DNA of 64,000 nt from Bacilli bacterium (GCA_017435465.1 JAFSEX010000005.1:134793-198792); one strand, 5' to 3'; counted from the first letter of the stretch, positions 46,108-57,294 are shown. A program made the numbers and translations. The notes: generated by a model not told the origin, from the letters alone.

Positions 46108-47031
46108 TTGATGAATTGTGATTATAATTTTGGTAATCAGTGTTATAACTACTATGGTGATACTGGTATAAAGAGTTTAAAATATGAAATACTTGCTCCA
46201 GAGCAAGAACAAATTAAACAACCTGGAATGGAATATTTAATGACTCCAAAACCTATATTTGATAATCCTAATTATATAGGTAGTGGTAAATTAAAAAATA
46301 AAGTTGCAATCATAACAGGTGCAGATAGTGGTCTTGGTAGAGCGGCAGCTGTTGCTTTTGTAAAAGAGGGTGCAAAAGTAGTAATTCCTTATTACGATGA
46401 ACATAGAGATGCTATGGAAACAAAAGAATATATAGAAATGCTTGGTGGGGAATGTGAATTGCTGTCAGGAGACATTAGTGATAAAAACTTTTGTAAACAT
46501 ATTGTGGATTTTACACTTCAAAGATTTGGTAAAATAGATATACTTGTTAATAATGCAGGAGTACAATATCAACAAGATACTTTAGAATGTATATCAGATG
46601 AACAATTTGATAGAACTATGAAAGTAAATATATATGGTATGTTTTATTTAACGAAAGAAGTTTTGCCACATTTAAAAAGTGGTTCTTCTATAATAAATTT
46701 ATCTTCAGTAACAACTTTCTATGGGGAGCCACAATTAATAGATTATGTTACAACAAAAGGTGCGATAATAGGATTTACTAGATCACTTGCTAGAAATCTT
46801 GCTTTAAAAAATATAAGAGTAAATGCTATTGCGCCTGGTTTCTTTTGGACACCACTTCAACCTGCTTGTTGGGTAAAAGAAAAAATACCATCTCTAGGCA
46901 GTGATGCAGCTATGGCAAGAGGTGCTATGCCATATGAATTAGCTCCTACATTTGTATTTTTAGCTAGTGATGATTCTAGTTATGTAACGGGTCAAGTAAT
47001 ACACAATAATGGTGGGCAAGTAATGGGATAA
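46108..47031 (+). CDS. short-chain dehydrogenase/reductase (YhdF/YdaD general-stress type)
   Basis: KVAIITGADSGLGRA (TGxxxGxG), NNAG, S...Y...K pattern, and the long N-terminal extension typical of this subgroup. Alternative ATG at 46111. Confidence 0.85.
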   Translation: MMNCDYNFGNQCYNYYGDTGIKSLKYEILAPEQEQIKQPGMEYLMTPKPIFDNPNYIGSGKLKNKVAIITGADSGLGRAAAVAFVKEGAKVVIPYYDEHRDAMETKEYIEMLGGECELLSGDISDKNFCKHIVDFTLQRFGKIDILVNNAGVQYQQDTLECISDEQFDRTMKVNIYGMFYLTKEVLPHLKSGSSIINLSSVTTFYGEPQLIDYVTTKGAIIGFTRSLARNLALKNIRVNAIAPGFFWTPLQPACWVKEKIPSLGSDAAMARGAMPYELAPTFVFLASDDSSYVTGQVIHNNGGQVMG

Positions 47032-47262
47032 AATATAAATTAATACTAGGAGAATCTAACTTTTTTGAAGAAAAAATATTGTAATAAACATTTTCTTTAT
47101 GTATAATTATCTTGTATTAAATAGTTTGCCTGATATTTATATGACAATTTAATCGATAAGGGATAATTCTAAAGGCAAAATAGAAATATTCATGATGCGG
47201 AAGATACTTATTTTAAGATAAGTGTCTTCTTTTTTTGTTATTTTAAAAGGAGGAAAAACATT

Positions 47263-48144
47263 ATGAATGAAATAATAGAAAAAGAAAACATAATAATTGA
47301 AGATATGATTTATGAAGTTAGAGAAATGCAAGTTATGTTAGATTCTGATATAGCAAAACTATATCAAGTTGAAACTAAAAGAATAAATGAAGCTGTAAAA
47401 AATAATCTGGATAAATTTCCAGAAAGATATAGTTGGTTATTAACAAGAGAAGAAACAAAAAAATTAAGGTCGAAAATTTCGACCTTAGAAATAAAAGGAC
47501 AAGGAAAATATAGTAAATATGTTCCAAGAGTATTTACAGAACAAGGTTTATATATGTTAGCTACAATATTAAAATCTAAAGTGGCAACAGAAGTTACAAT
47601 TTCAATTATGGATACTTTTGTAAAAATGAGACATTATATAAATTATAATAAGAAATTTTTACCACATAAATTTATGCTGCTAGAGAAGCAAGTAGATGAT
47701 AATACCAAAAGAATAAATGAACTATTTGATAAATTTGATCCTAAAGTTATAGTCAAAGATTATATATTTTTTGAAGGAGAATTTTATGATGCATACTCAT
47801 TATTGTTAGATATTTTTAACAATACTAAAGAAGAAACTATAATAATAGATAATTATGCTTCTAAGGATTTGTTAGATATATTAAAGAAAATAGATAAGAA
47901 AATAATAATAGTATCTAAAAATATAGATGAAATATTAAAGAAGAAATATGAAAGTCAATATAATAATATAACATTTATAAATAATAATTCATTTCATGAT
48001 AGATTTATCATAATAGATAAACAAAAATTATATTCATGTGGTGCTTCATTTAAAGATTTGGGTAAAAAATGTTTTGCAATCCACGAATTTAATGAAAAAG
48101 AATATTTAAACAAACTATTAAATATATTAAATTTGCAATTTTAA
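47263..48144 (+). CDS. ORF6N-domain DNA-binding protein with a C-terminal HDRF...GAS domain
   Basis: IYEVREMQVMLDSDIAKLYQVETKRINEAVKNN..FPE...LT.EE...LRS is the ORF6N/KilA-N-like pattern. The C-terminus has IIIDNY....FHDRFIIID...LYSCGASFKDLGKK. Confidence 0.65.
   Translation: MNEIIEKENIIIEDMIYEVREMQVMLDSDIAKLYQVETKRINEAVKNNLDKFPERYSWLLTREETKKLRSKISTLEIKGQGKYSKYVPRVFTEQGLYMLATILKSKVATEVTISIMDTFVKMRHYINYNKKFLPHKFMLLEKQVDDNTKRINELFDKFDPKVIVKDYIFFEGEFYDAYSLLLDIFNNTKEETIIIDNYASKDLLDILKKIDKKIIIVSKNIDEILKKKYESQYNNITFINNNSFHDRFIIIDKQKLYSCGASFKDLGKKCFAIHEFNEKEYLNKLLNILNLQF
47466..47486. repeat. Perfect 21-nt palindrome inside the ORF6N gene
   Basis: aaggtcgaaa-a-tttcgacctt, encoding LRSKISTL. Confidence 0.8.
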
Positions 48145-48162
48145 AAAGCAGTTAAAAATAAG

Positions 48163-48450
48163 ATGAATAAAATAATAGAAAAAGAAAATATAACAATTGA
48201 AGATATGATTTATGAAGTTAGTGGTGTACAAGTAATACTTTCTTCTGATGTAGCTAAATTATATCAAGTTGAAACTAAAGTATTAAATCAGGTTATTAAT
48301 AGAAATATAAATAGATTTTCAGAAAGATTTTGTTTTCAATTAAATAATACTGAAATTGATAATTTATCTTTAAGGTCACAATTTGTGACCTTAAACAAAA
48401 ATAATAATAAGATTAAGATTTTAAAAATTTTATATTTTTTTAATTTTTAA
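48163..48450 (+). CDS. truncated ORF6N-domain paralog
   Basis: The first ~60 nt are nearly identical to 47263-. Homology ends at the palindrome and is followed by a low-complexity tail NKNNNKIKILKILYFFNF*. Confidence 0.5.
   Translation: MNKIIEKENITIEDMIYEVSGVQVILSSDVAKLYQVETKVLNQVINRNINRFSERFCFQLNNTEIDNLSLRSQFVTLNKNNNKIKILKILYFFNF
48372..48392. repeat. Perfect 21-nt palindrome inside the truncated paralog
   Basis: aaggtcacaa-t-ttgtgacctt, encoding LRSQFVTL. It differs from the first palindrome by two compensated pairs. Confidence 0.8.
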
Positions 48451-48514
48451 TGATTAGTAACTAAAAATAAAAAAGTATGCTATAATATTTTTAATACTTA
48501 AAAGAGGTGGTTTT

Positions 48515-49108
48515 GTGGAAAAAGAAAAATTATATAATATTTTACTAAGTGATAATGTTGTAACTACTATTAATGATAATTTAGATTTTATTTTGACTTT
48601 AATTCCTGAATTAAAAGCTTTAATAGGATTTGAACATAATCATCCACATCACCATCTTGATGTTTGGAATCACACTTTGTTAACACTAAATCTCTCTCCA
48701 AGCAATTTTGAAATAAGATTGGTGTTATTATTACACGATATTGGGAAACCTAATTCCTACCAAGATGAAGAAGTAAGGCATTTCAGAGAACATACTAAAA
48801 TATCATCTAATATGTCATTTAATATTTTAAAGAGATTAAATTTTAATGAGGATGAAATATTTAAATTATGTTATTTAATAGAACAACACGATACTCTGAT
48901 AACAGATGAAGAAATAGATAATAATAAGAAATTAGCAACAATAAAATTTAAAATCCAATGTTGTGATGCATTAGCTCATAATCCTACAAAATTAGAAAAA
49001 AGAATAAAATATTTACTAGATATCAACGAAAAAATAAATACAGGAAAAGAAAAAGATAAATGTAAAAAACTAATATCTAAAATTTCTAAAGAAATTACAG
49101 AGGAATAG
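48515..49108 (+). CDS. stand-alone HD-domain protein (CCA-enzyme-type HD)
   Basis: HNHPHHHLDVWNHTLLTL ... RLVLLLHDIGKP resembles the HD phosphohydrolase domain fused to some CCA-adding enzymes. Confidence 0.6.
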   Translation: MEKEKLYNILLSDNVVTTINDNLDFILTLIPELKALIGFEHNHPHHHLDVWNHTLLTLNLSPSNFEIRLVLLLHDIGKPNSYQDEEVRHFREHTKISSNMSFNILKRLNFNEDEIFKLCYLIEQHDTLITDEEIDNNKKLATIKFKIQCCDALAHNPTKLEKRIKYLLDINEKINTGKEKDKCKKLISKISKEITEE

Positions 49109-49109
49109 T

Positions 49110-49571
49110 ATGGTAGTTTATAGAGTATGTAAAAAAGAAGAACTTAAAAAAATTTTAGAAGATAATAGTTTTAGAAATATCGGATACAATTTTTTTGATT
49201 CAAATTTAAATACACACAAATACAATATAAATAGTAAATACTTACATTTTTTTCTAAACAAAGATAGTATCCTTTATTTAAGAACCTTAAAAGATAGGTA
49301 TATTTGTATTTATGATATTCCAGAGGATATTTTAAAACAAAGTGAAGGAATAGGGTATTATTGGGATTATATTAATTATAGAGTTTTAAATGAAGTAACA
49401 GAATATGCTGTTGAAAGTAGTAATATTAAAATGATTTATTTAAAACAAGTTAGTTATATAAAAAAAGATATAGATTATGAAGAATTTTTAGATGATTATG
49501 ATTTATCAGAATATGTTGATACTATTTATAATAGTGTTGAAGGAAAAAGATTGTTATTAAAAAAATTTTAG
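49110..49571 (+). CDS. hypothetical protein, translationally coupled to the HD protein
   Basis: The ATG lies 1 nt after the upstream TAG. 153 aa with no recognised motif. Confidence 0.45.
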   Translation: MVVYRVCKKEELKKILEDNSFRNIGYNFFDSNLNTHKYNINSKYLHFFLNKDSILYLRTLKDRYICIYDIPEDILKQSEGIGYYWDYINYRVLNEVTEYAVESSNIKMIYLKQVSYIKKDIDYEEFLDDYDLSEYVDTIYNSVEGKRLLLKKF

Positions 49572-49678
49572 GGATAAATATGGAAATAGAAAGTATTAGT
49601 TTTTTTGAATTTTATAAATACTTTATTTGCAACTTCCCCAATATATTGTATAATTATTTTAGAATGTGAGGCTAAAAT

Positions 49679-51664
49679 ATGAATCCAATTGATAAAAAAA
49701 TAGTAGATATAATTAAATGTTTAGGAATTGATATGATTGATAAAGCAAATAGTGGTCATCCTGGAATAGTACTTAGTGCTGCACCAATTATTTATACATT
49801 ATATTCTAGACATATTAATATTAATCCAAAAGACGATAAATGGCTTAATAGAGATAGATTTATTTTATCTGCAGGTCATGGTTCTGCATTATTATATTCA
49901 ACATTATATATGGCGGGATTTAATATTTCTTTAGATGATTTAAAAAACTTTAGACAAATTGGAAGCAAAACACCTGGACATCCAGAAATAAATGTTACAC
50001 CAGGAGTAGATATGTCTACAGGTCCATTAGGTCAAGGTTTTGCTTCTAGTGTAGGCATGGCAATTGCAGAAAAGTATTTAAAATCAAATTATAACACCAA
50101 AATAAACAATACGAATTATGAAATATTTAATCATAAAATATATGTACTATGTGGTGATGGTGATTTAATGGAAGGTGTTAGCTATGAAGCTGCATCACTT
50201 GCTGGGACCTTAAAACTAAATAATTTAATAGTTTTATATGATTCAAATGACACATCACTAGATGGTAAAACATCCAATACATTCACAGAAAATGTTATTA
50301 ATAGATTTAATTCAATGAATTGGAATACAATTTTAGTCAAAAATGGAGAAAACATTGATGAAATAGATAAAGCAATTACACAAGCTAAAAAAAGTGATAA
50401 ACCAACTTTAATCGAAATTAAAACAACTTTAGGAAAAGGATCTCTGTTAGAAGGTAGTCATAAAACACATGGGTCTCCTTTATCAGTTGAAGATATTGAA
50501 CAATTAAAAAATAAAATGGGAATAAGAAATATTCCATTTACCCCATCAGATGATGCCGTATCAGAATTTAGAAATATGATAGGTAGTAGAGTAAATAATA
50601 TATATAATAAATGGAATGATATGTATCGTGAGTATATAGATTTAGTAGATAATGATATAAGACATGATTTTAATATATTAAATGGTGAAATTTCTAAATT
50701 AAATTTAAATGAATTACCAAAACATTTTGATAATGATTTAGAAGAAGCTCTAAGAGTAACAAATGGAAAAATATTGAATGAAATTGCAAAAAATAATAGA
50801 TTATTAATAGGGGGTAGCGCAGATCTTTTTAGTTCTACGAAAACATATATAGAAAACGGCGGGGATTTTTCTAAAGATAATTATAAAGGTAAAAATATAT
50901 GGTTTGGTGTAAGAGAACATGCAATGGGAGCAATTTTAAATGGAATTTCTTTATATAACATAAGGACATTTGGGTCTACTTTCTTAAGTTTTAGCGATTA
51001 TTTAAAACCTGCAATTAGAATGAGTGCATTAATGAATTTACCAGTTACTTATATATTTACACATGATTCAATTAATATTGGAGAAGATGGTCCAACACAT
51101 CAACCAGTTGAACATTTAACAATGTTAAGAAGTATTCCAAATTTTACAGTATATAGACCGTGTGATGCAAAGGAACTAATTGGATGCATTACACATTTAA
51201 ATCATGTAAATTCACCATCATGTTTAGTCTTATCGAGAAACAATGTAAAATTACAAGAAAATTCTAATAGTAAAAAAATAGAACTCGGGGCATATATAAT
51301 TAGAAAAGAAAAAGGAAAACTAAATGGAATAATCATTTCAAGTGGAAGTGATGTAGAAACATCTGTTAAAATTGCTGAAGAATTAAATAATGAAAATATT
51401 GGTATTCGTGTTATATCAATGCCATCAACAAATTTATTCTTTAAACAATCTAGTGAATATCAAAATGAAATTTTACCAGTTGGAATAAAGAAAATAATAA
51501 TTGAATCTTCAAATACAATTGGATTAGAGCAACTAGTATATGGTTCAAAATATTTAATAAATATTAATAACTTTGGAACTAGTGGAAAAAAAGAAGATGT
51601 ATTAAAACACATGAACTTTGATTATGAAACCATTAAAGAAAAAGTTAAAAATTTACTTAATTAA
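49679..51664 (+). CDS. tkt: transketolase
   Basis: SGHPG, GDGDLMEG.S.EA, GEDGPTHQP motifs. 661 aa. Confidence 0.92.
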   Translation: MNPIDKKIVDIIKCLGIDMIDKANSGHPGIVLSAAPIIYTLYSRHININPKDDKWLNRDRFILSAGHGSALLYSTLYMAGFNISLDDLKNFRQIGSKTPGHPEINVTPGVDMSTGPLGQGFASSVGMAIAEKYLKSNYNTKINNTNYEIFNHKIYVLCGDGDLMEGVSYEAASLAGTLKLNNLIVLYDSNDTSLDGKTSNTFTENVINRFNSMNWNTILVKNGENIDEIDKAITQAKKSDKPTLIEIKTTLGKGSLLEGSHKTHGSPLSVEDIEQLKNKMGIRNIPFTPSDDAVSEFRNMIGSRVNNIYNKWNDMYREYIDLVDNDIRHDFNILNGEISKLNLNELPKHFDNDLEEALRVTNGKILNEIAKNNRLLIGGSADLFSSTKTYIENGGDFSKDNYKGKNIWFGVREHAMGAILNGISLYNIRTFGSTFLSFSDYLKPAIRMSALMNLPVTYIFTHDSINIGEDGPTHQPVEHLTMLRSIPNFTVYRPCDAKELIGCITHLNHVNSPSCLVLSRNNVKLQENSNSKKIELGAYIIRKEKGKLNGIIISSGSDVETSVKIAEELNNENIGIRVISMPSTNLFFKQSSEYQNEILPVGIKKIIIESSNTIGLEQLVYGSKYLININNFGTSGKKEDVLKHMNFDYETIKEKVKNLLN

Positions 51665-51758
51665 TCGACAAAAAGAGTAAAGATTCAAAAATCTTTATTC
51701 TTTTGTTAGTCTAAAAATCATATAATATGATATAATACATTTAAGGATGTGATCTAAA

Positions 51759-52847
51759 TTGAGAACTATCGTCTGTGGTGGAGGAACTGGAGGACATATT
51801 TATCCAGCTTTAGCGATTATTAATAAAATAAGAGAAGAAGAGCCAAATAGTGACATATTATATATTGGTACACATAATAGAATGGAAAAAGATATAATTC
51901 CAAAATATAATATAAGTTATATGCCACTTAGAATGTATGGATTAAAACGTAGTTTAAGTCTTTCAAATATTAAAACAGCTTACTACTATTTAAATTCAAT
52001 AAAACGTGCGAAAAAAGTTATTAAAGATTTTAATCCAGATATAGTTATTGGTGTAGGTGGATATATTACCGCACCAGTTATTCAAGCCGCTAAAAAATTA
52101 GGACATAAAACTTTAATACATGAACAAAATAGTATTCCAGGATTATCAAATAGACATTTAATTAAATATGCAGATAAAATTGCAATTTCTTTTGAAAGTT
52201 CAAAAAAATATTTTAAAGATCAAGATAAAATTGTGTATACAGGTAATCCGTGTGGAGATAATGCATTAAAATCTAAAAAAATTGATAAAAAAGAACTTGG
52301 ACTAACTAAAGAAAAAAAATTAGTTTTAATAGTAATGGGATCACTGGGCTCATTAAAAGTTAATGAAAAAATAACAAAAATGTTACCAATGTTTAATGAT
52401 CGTGATTATGAAGTATTATTTGTAACTGGAAAAGAGTATTATGAAGAAATAAAAGAAAATGTAAAATGTCCAAACAATGTTAAAATAGTTCCATATATAG
52501 AAAATATGACAAGAGTTATGAAAGCAACTGACCTTATGGTTTCACGTGCAGGTGCTTCAACAATGAGTGAAATTATGTCATTAGAAATTCCAACAATCTT
52601 TATACCAAGTCCATATGTTACAGATAATCATCAATTTAAAAACGCAAGTGACTTAGTAAATAAAGGTGCGGCACTTTTAGTAGAAGAAAAAGAATTAGAT
52701 TCAGATAAATTAGTTAGAACTATAGACAATATTCTAAGAGATAAGATAAAATATAATAAATTAAAAGAAAACCTAAAAGGCATTGGAGTAAAAAATAGTT
52801 CAGATAAAATCTATAGAATTATTAAAAATTTAACAGAGGAGAAGTAG
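51759..52847 (+). CDS. murG: UDP-N-acetylglucosamine--LPS/lipid I transferase MurG
   Basis: GGGTGGHIYPALA N-terminus and C-terminal SRAGAST..E motif. dcw context. Confidence 0.9.
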   Translation: MRTIVCGGGTGGHIYPALAIINKIREEEPNSDILYIGTHNRMEKDIIPKYNISYMPLRMYGLKRSLSLSNIKTAYYYLNSIKRAKKVIKDFNPDIVIGVGGYITAPVIQAAKKLGHKTLIHEQNSIPGLSNRHLIKYADKIAISFESSKKYFKDQDKIVYTGNPCGDNALKSKKIDKKELGLTKEKKLVLIVMGSLGSLKVNEKITKMLPMFNDRDYEVLFVTGKEYYEEIKENVKCPNNVKIVPYIENMTRVMKATDLMVSRAGASTMSEIMSLEIPTIFIPSPYVTDNHQFKNASDLVNKGAALLVEEKELDSDKLVRTIDNILRDKIKYNKLKENLKGIGVKNSSDKIYRIIKNLTEEK

Positions 52848-52848
52848 T

Positions 52849-53754
52849 ATGAAAGATATAATCTCTTTAATAGAAAAACAAAAAATTGGTAAAGTTTTAA
52901 TTGATGAACCTCTAAAAAAATATAATACATATAAAATAGGTGGAATTGCTAAATGTATTGTATTTCCTAAAAATGAAGAAAAATTAATAAAACTATTAAA
53001 AATAATTAAAGATAATAATATAAAATTTAAAGTTATTGGAAAAGGTTCAAATATAATTTTTTCATCGAAAGATTATGATGGAATATTAATTCGTTTAGAC
53101 GAATTTAATAAAATTGAAGTTGATGATATAAAAGTAGTTGTGGGAGCAGGATATAGTTTAATGAAACTGGCACTTGAAATGACTAAAAAAGGACTTTCAG
53201 GATTAGAATTTGCAACTGGTATTCCAGGTAGTATTGGTGGAGCCGTATACATGAATGCTGGTGCATACAATTCAGATATGGGATATATAGTTAGTGAAGT
53301 GAAAGTAATTGATCCAAATTTAAATATAATAACTTTATATAATAAGGATTTAGATTTTCATTATAGAACATCATTTTTTCAAAAAAATCCTGAATATATT
53401 TGTATAGAAGCAACAATTATTTTGAAAAATGCTGATAAAAAAATAATGATGGATATAATTGAAGATAGAAAAAGAAGAAGATTAATGACTCAACCATTAG
53501 AATATCCAAGTGCAGGAAGTGTATTTAGAAATCCAGAAAATGTACCTGCAGGAAAACTTATTGAAGATGCAGGATTAAAAGGTAAAACTATTGGTGGGGC
53601 GATGGTAAGTAAAAAACATGCAAACTTCATAATAAATTATGATAATGCAACTAGTGATGATATATATAATTTAATAAATTTAGTAAAAAAAGAAATCAAA
53701 GAAAAAACAGGAATTGAATTAAAACAAGAACAAGAATTTGTGAATTGGGAGTAA
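52849..53754 (+). CDS. murB: UDP-N-acetylenolpyruvoylglucosamine reductase
   Basis: FAD-binding GKGSNI, GIPGSIGGAVYMNAGAY and SAGSVFRNP motifs. Confidence 0.9.
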   Translation: MKDIISLIEKQKIGKVLIDEPLKKYNTYKIGGIAKCIVFPKNEEKLIKLLKIIKDNNIKFKVIGKGSNIIFSSKDYDGILIRLDEFNKIEVDDIKVVVGAGYSLMKLALEMTKKGLSGLEFATGIPGSIGGAVYMNAGAYNSDMGYIVSEVKVIDPNLNIITLYNKDLDFHYRTSFFQKNPEYICIEATIILKNADKKIMMDIIEDRKRRRLMTQPLEYPSAGSVFRNPENVPAGKLIEDAGLKGKTIGGAMVSKKHANFIINYDNATSDDIYNLINLVKKEIKEKTGIELKQEQEFVNWE

Positions 53755-53759
53755 TATAT

Positions 53760-54461
53760 ATGGCTACAACAGTTAAAGTAAAGAAAAAAAGGTTAAAAAT
53801 TAAAACAATAATAATGTTTTTACTTATTATTGTTTTAATCGTATATTTGTTTTTCTTTATCTTTAGTGGATTAATAAATACTAAAATTAAAAATATTTAT
53901 ATAATAGGAAATGACATCTTAAAAGATGATGAAATTATTACTCTTGCAAAAATAGAAAATTATCCCAAAATATTAAGCATAACATCAAATGAAATGGAAC
54001 GAAGAATAAAAACAAATCCATATATAAAAAGTGTAGATGTTAAAAAGAAATTTGGTAGTCAAGTATATGTTTATATTGAAGAATATTTACCATTATTTTA
54101 TAATATTACAAATAATAAATTAGTATTAGAAAATGAAAAGCAAGTATTACTAGAAGAAACATTTAATGATATTCCAATATTAATAAATTTTGTAACTGAT
54201 GAAAATGTTTATAAAAGACTAATGGACAAGTTTGTTAAAATAAATGATGATATAAAACAAAAAATTTCAGAAATAAAATATGATCCGAATGAAGTAGATA
54301 AAGAAAGATTTTTATTCACTATGAATGATGGAAATTATGTTTATATTACATTAGCTAAAATAAATGAAATAAATTATTATATGGATATTTTACCAACTTT
54401 AGAAAACAAAAAAGGTATACTATATTTAGACTCTGGTAAGTACTTTCAAATTTTTGAATAA
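53760..54461 (+). CDS. divIB: cell division protein DivIB/FtsQ
   Basis: N-terminal TM followed by a POTRA-like region (IKNIYIIGNDILKDDEI). Positioned between murB and ftsA. ATG 53760 is preferred over TTG 53745. Confidence 0.65.
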   Translation: MATTVKVKKKRLKIKTIIMFLLIIVLIVYLFFFIFSGLINTKIKNIYIIGNDILKDDEIITLAKIENYPKILSITSNEMERRIKTNPYIKSVDVKKKFGSQVYVYIEEYLPLFYNITNNKLVLENEKQVLLEETFNDIPILINFVTDENVYKRLMDKFVKINDDIKQKISEIKYDPNEVDKERFLFTMNDGNYVYITLAKINEINYYMDILPTLENKKGILYLDSGKYFQIFE

Positions 54462-54508
54462 TGTAGTATAATAATACTAATAACAAAAAATAGAAAGCGG
54501 GTTTGCTG

Positions 54509-55753
54509 ATGAAAAAAATATATACAAGTGTTGATCTTGGTTCAGATACAATTAAAATAGTTACAGCTGAAATATATAAAAATAGATGTAACGTTTTAGC
54601 ATCTACATCTTTAAAATGTGAAGGAATTAAAAATGGACTTATTGTTGATGGTGCTAAAGCAATTGTTTCGGTTAAAGAAGCAATTGCAAGTATAGAAAGA
54701 ATATTAAGTATCAAAATAAAAAATGTAATCGCATCTGTTCCATGTAATAATGCAGAATTTTCACTTGTAGATGGATATATAAATATTACAAATGAAGATG
54801 GGCTAGTAACAGGAAATGATGTTATCAAATGTTTAAAAGCCTGTGTATATAATAAAATAGATGAAACACATGAACTAATCACAACAAATCCAATAGAATT
54901 TTCAATAGATGGAGAAACGGGAATTAAAGATCCAAAAGGAATTAAATGTGAAAGACTTGGGGTTAAAGCAATAATGATAACAACTCCAAAGAAAAACGTT
55001 TATTCTGTAATAAGTTTATTAGAAGCTGTAGGGTTAAAAGTTATTGATATAACATTTAATTCAATAGGTGATTATTACGAAATTAGAAATAAGGAAATGG
55101 ATAGTACAGTATCAGGTATAATAAATATTGGATCTGATACGACAACTGTTTCAGTATTTAATAAAGGTATTTTAATGAATACAAAAGTATTAAATATTGG
55201 AAGTAAAAACATAGATAAAGATATAACTTATGTATATAAATTAAATTTAAGAGATAGTCAAAAACTTAAAGAAAACTTTGCGATTGCTCACAAACGTTTT
55301 GCGCAAGTCAATGAAACTTTTGACATAATAAATAATGTTGGAGACAAACTAAAAATAAACCAATATGAAGTATCAGAAATTTGTATGGACAGATTAATAG
55401 AAATATTAAAAATTGCAAAAAATGAGATAAAAGACTTAACAAATAAAGAAATAAGTTATATAATTATTACAGGAGGGGCTAGCGAGTTTAGTGGTTTTAA
55501 CACGTTGCTTAATGAATTTAGTAGTAGAAATATTGCGATAGCAGATGTTAATACTATTGGTGTTAGAAAAAACCGTTTTTCATCGTCCCTAGGAATGATT
55601 AAATATTTTAATAAAAAATCAGAATTTAGAGGAAGAGAATATTCAATGTTCGATGAAGAACAAATAAATGAATTAGTATCTACTAAAAAGAAATCAAATC
55701 TTTCCAATGATTCGTTTGTTGGAAAAGTTTTCGGATATTTTTTTGATAATTAA
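54509..55753 (+). CDS. ftsA: cell division protein FtsA
   Basis: [11 protein letters not shown], actin-like fold motifs (IITGGASEF) and position upstream of ftsZ. Confidence 0.9.
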   Translation: MKKIYTSVDLGSDTIKIVTAEIYKNRCNVLASTSLKCEGIKNGLIVDGAKAIVSVKEAIASIERILSIKIKNVIASVPCNNAEFSLVDGYINITNEDGLVTGNDVIKCLKACVYNKIDETHELITTNPIEFSIDGETGIKDPKGIKCERLGVKAIMITTPKKNVYSVISLLEAVGLKVIDITFNSIGDYYEIRNKEMDSTVSGIINIGSDTTTVSVFNKGILMNTKVLNIGSKNIDKDITYVYKLNLRDSQKLKENFAIAHKRFAQVNETFDIINNVGDKLKINQYEVSEICMDRLIEILKIAKNEIKDLTNKEISYIIITGGASEFSGFNTLLNEFSSRNIAIADVNTIGVRKNRFSSSLGMIKYFNKKSEFRGREYSMFDEEQINELVSTKKKSNLSNDSFVGKVFGYFFDN

Positions 55754-55764
55754 GGAGGCACATT

Positions 55765-56859
55765 ATGTTTGGATTAGAAATGGATCAATTAGCAAAAATT
55801 AAAGTAATTGGTGTTGGTGGTGGAGGTAACAACGCTGTTAACCGAATGATAGAATCTGGAGTTAAAGGTGTTGAATTTATTGTAGCTAATACTGACTTAC
55901 AAGTTTTAAATACATCAAAGGCATCTATTAAAATTCAATTAGGTGCAGCTTTAACTGACGGTTTAGGTGCTGGTGCAAATCCAGAAGTAGGTAAAGAAGC
56001 CGCAATGGAATCAAAAAAAGAAATCGAAGAAGTTCTAAAAGGAGCTGACATGGTATTCGTAACTTGTGGTATGGGTGGAGGAACTGGTACTGGAGCAGCT
56101 CCAGTAATTGCAGAAATCGCTCAAAACCTAGGTGCACTTACTGTTGGTATTGTTACTAAACCATTTAGTTTCGAAGGAAGAAAAAGAATGGAACACGCAA
56201 TGAGTGGTCTAGAAGAATTAAAAAAACATGTAGACACATTAATTGTTATTCCAAATGATAGATTAAGAGAAATAATTGATAAATCCACACCTATGTTAGA
56301 TGCATTTAGAGAAGTAGACAATGTCTTAAGACGTGGTGTTCAATCAATATCAGACTTAATTGCAGTTGCAGGGTTAGTTAACCTTGACTTTGCTGACGTT
56401 AAAGCTGTAATGAGCAAACGTGGTAATGCAATTATTGGTATTGGTATTGGAGTAGGAGAAGATAGAGCAATTGAAGCTGCTAGACAAGCTGTTTCTAGTC
56501 CATTACTTGAAACATCAATTGTTGGAGCTACTGATGCAATCATAAATATTACTGGTGGAGGTAACTTAACACTATTTGAAGCGGAAGATGCTGCTCAAGT
56601 AGTAAGGGATGCTGCTAACACTGAAATCAATACAATCTTTGGTGCTGTTATCAATGAAAACTTAACAGACGAAGTAATTGTTACTGTAATTGCTACAGGT
56701 TTCGAAGAAGAAGCAGAACCTTTATACCAATCATATACAAATCAAAAAAGGGAAGAAATCAGAAATACACGTGCTGCACAAATTTTAGATGATGACGACG
56801 ATGATGATGATTCTGATTTAGATATCCCACCATTTTTAAGAAGCAAAAGAGGATTTTAA
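55765..56859 (+). CDS. ftsZ: cell division protein FtsZ
   Basis: [34 protein letters not shown], and the C-terminal DIPPFLR peptide. Confidence 0.95.
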   Translation: MFGLEMDQLAKIKVIGVGGGGNNAVNRMIESGVKGVEFIVANTDLQVLNTSKASIKIQLGAALTDGLGAGANPEVGKEAAMESKKEIEEVLKGADMVFVTCGMGGGTGTGAAPVIAEIAQNLGALTVGIVTKPFSFEGRKRMEHAMSGLEELKKHVDTLIVIPNDRLREIIDKSTPMLDAFREVDNVLRRGVQSISDLIAVAGLVNLDFADVKAVMSKRGNAIIGIGIGVGEDRAIEAARQAVSSPLLETSIVGATDAIINITGGGNLTLFEAEDAAQVVRDAANTEINTIFGAVINENLTDEVIVTVIATGFEEEAEPLYQSYTNQKREEIRNTRAAQILDDDDDDDDSDLDIPPFLRSKRGF

Positions 56860-57219
56860 TTAATCCTCTTTCTTTTGTTTCGCAATTATCCCACCACTCA
56901 TTGATGAAACAACTAAAATTAAATAATACATTAAGTTTTTCAATTCAAATTTATCATTGAAACCTAATAATGATATTAAAAGTATAAAAATAGATATTAA
57001 TAGCCCCATTTTAATTCCTTCAATAATTCCTCGTTTACTACTATTTCTAGATAAATAAAATCCTCCAAAACCTAAAGCAATTACAGGTAATATAATTTTT
57101 AAAATATTCATAACTTTATCACTAATGATATTAAAATAATTTAAAAATGTAAAAATAAAAAGTCCAATTAAAATAGTTCCCAAAACATAACCAATATCTT
57201 TTAAATAAATTTTTAACAT
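56860..57219 (-). CDS. small integral membrane protein
   Basis: 119 aa with four TM segments. RBS gggtga. Confidence 0.5.
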   Translation of the reverse strand: MLKIYLKDIGYVLGTILIGLFIFTFLNYFNIISDKVMNILKIILPVIALGFGGFYLSRNSSKRGIIEGIKMGLLISIFILLISLLGFNDKFELKNLMYYLILVVSSMSGGIIAKQKKED

Positions 57220-57294
57220 GTAAATTCACCCAATAAATACTATGCAATTGAATAAAAAAATATACTACTGTACATAATTATAATAGGTGATTAT

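Noticed and set aside
56788-56811. GAT/GAC trinucleotide run
   Set aside because: It encodes the poly-Asp stretch of the disordered FtsZ C-terminal linker, just before the conserved DIPPFLR peptide. It is not an independent repeat element.
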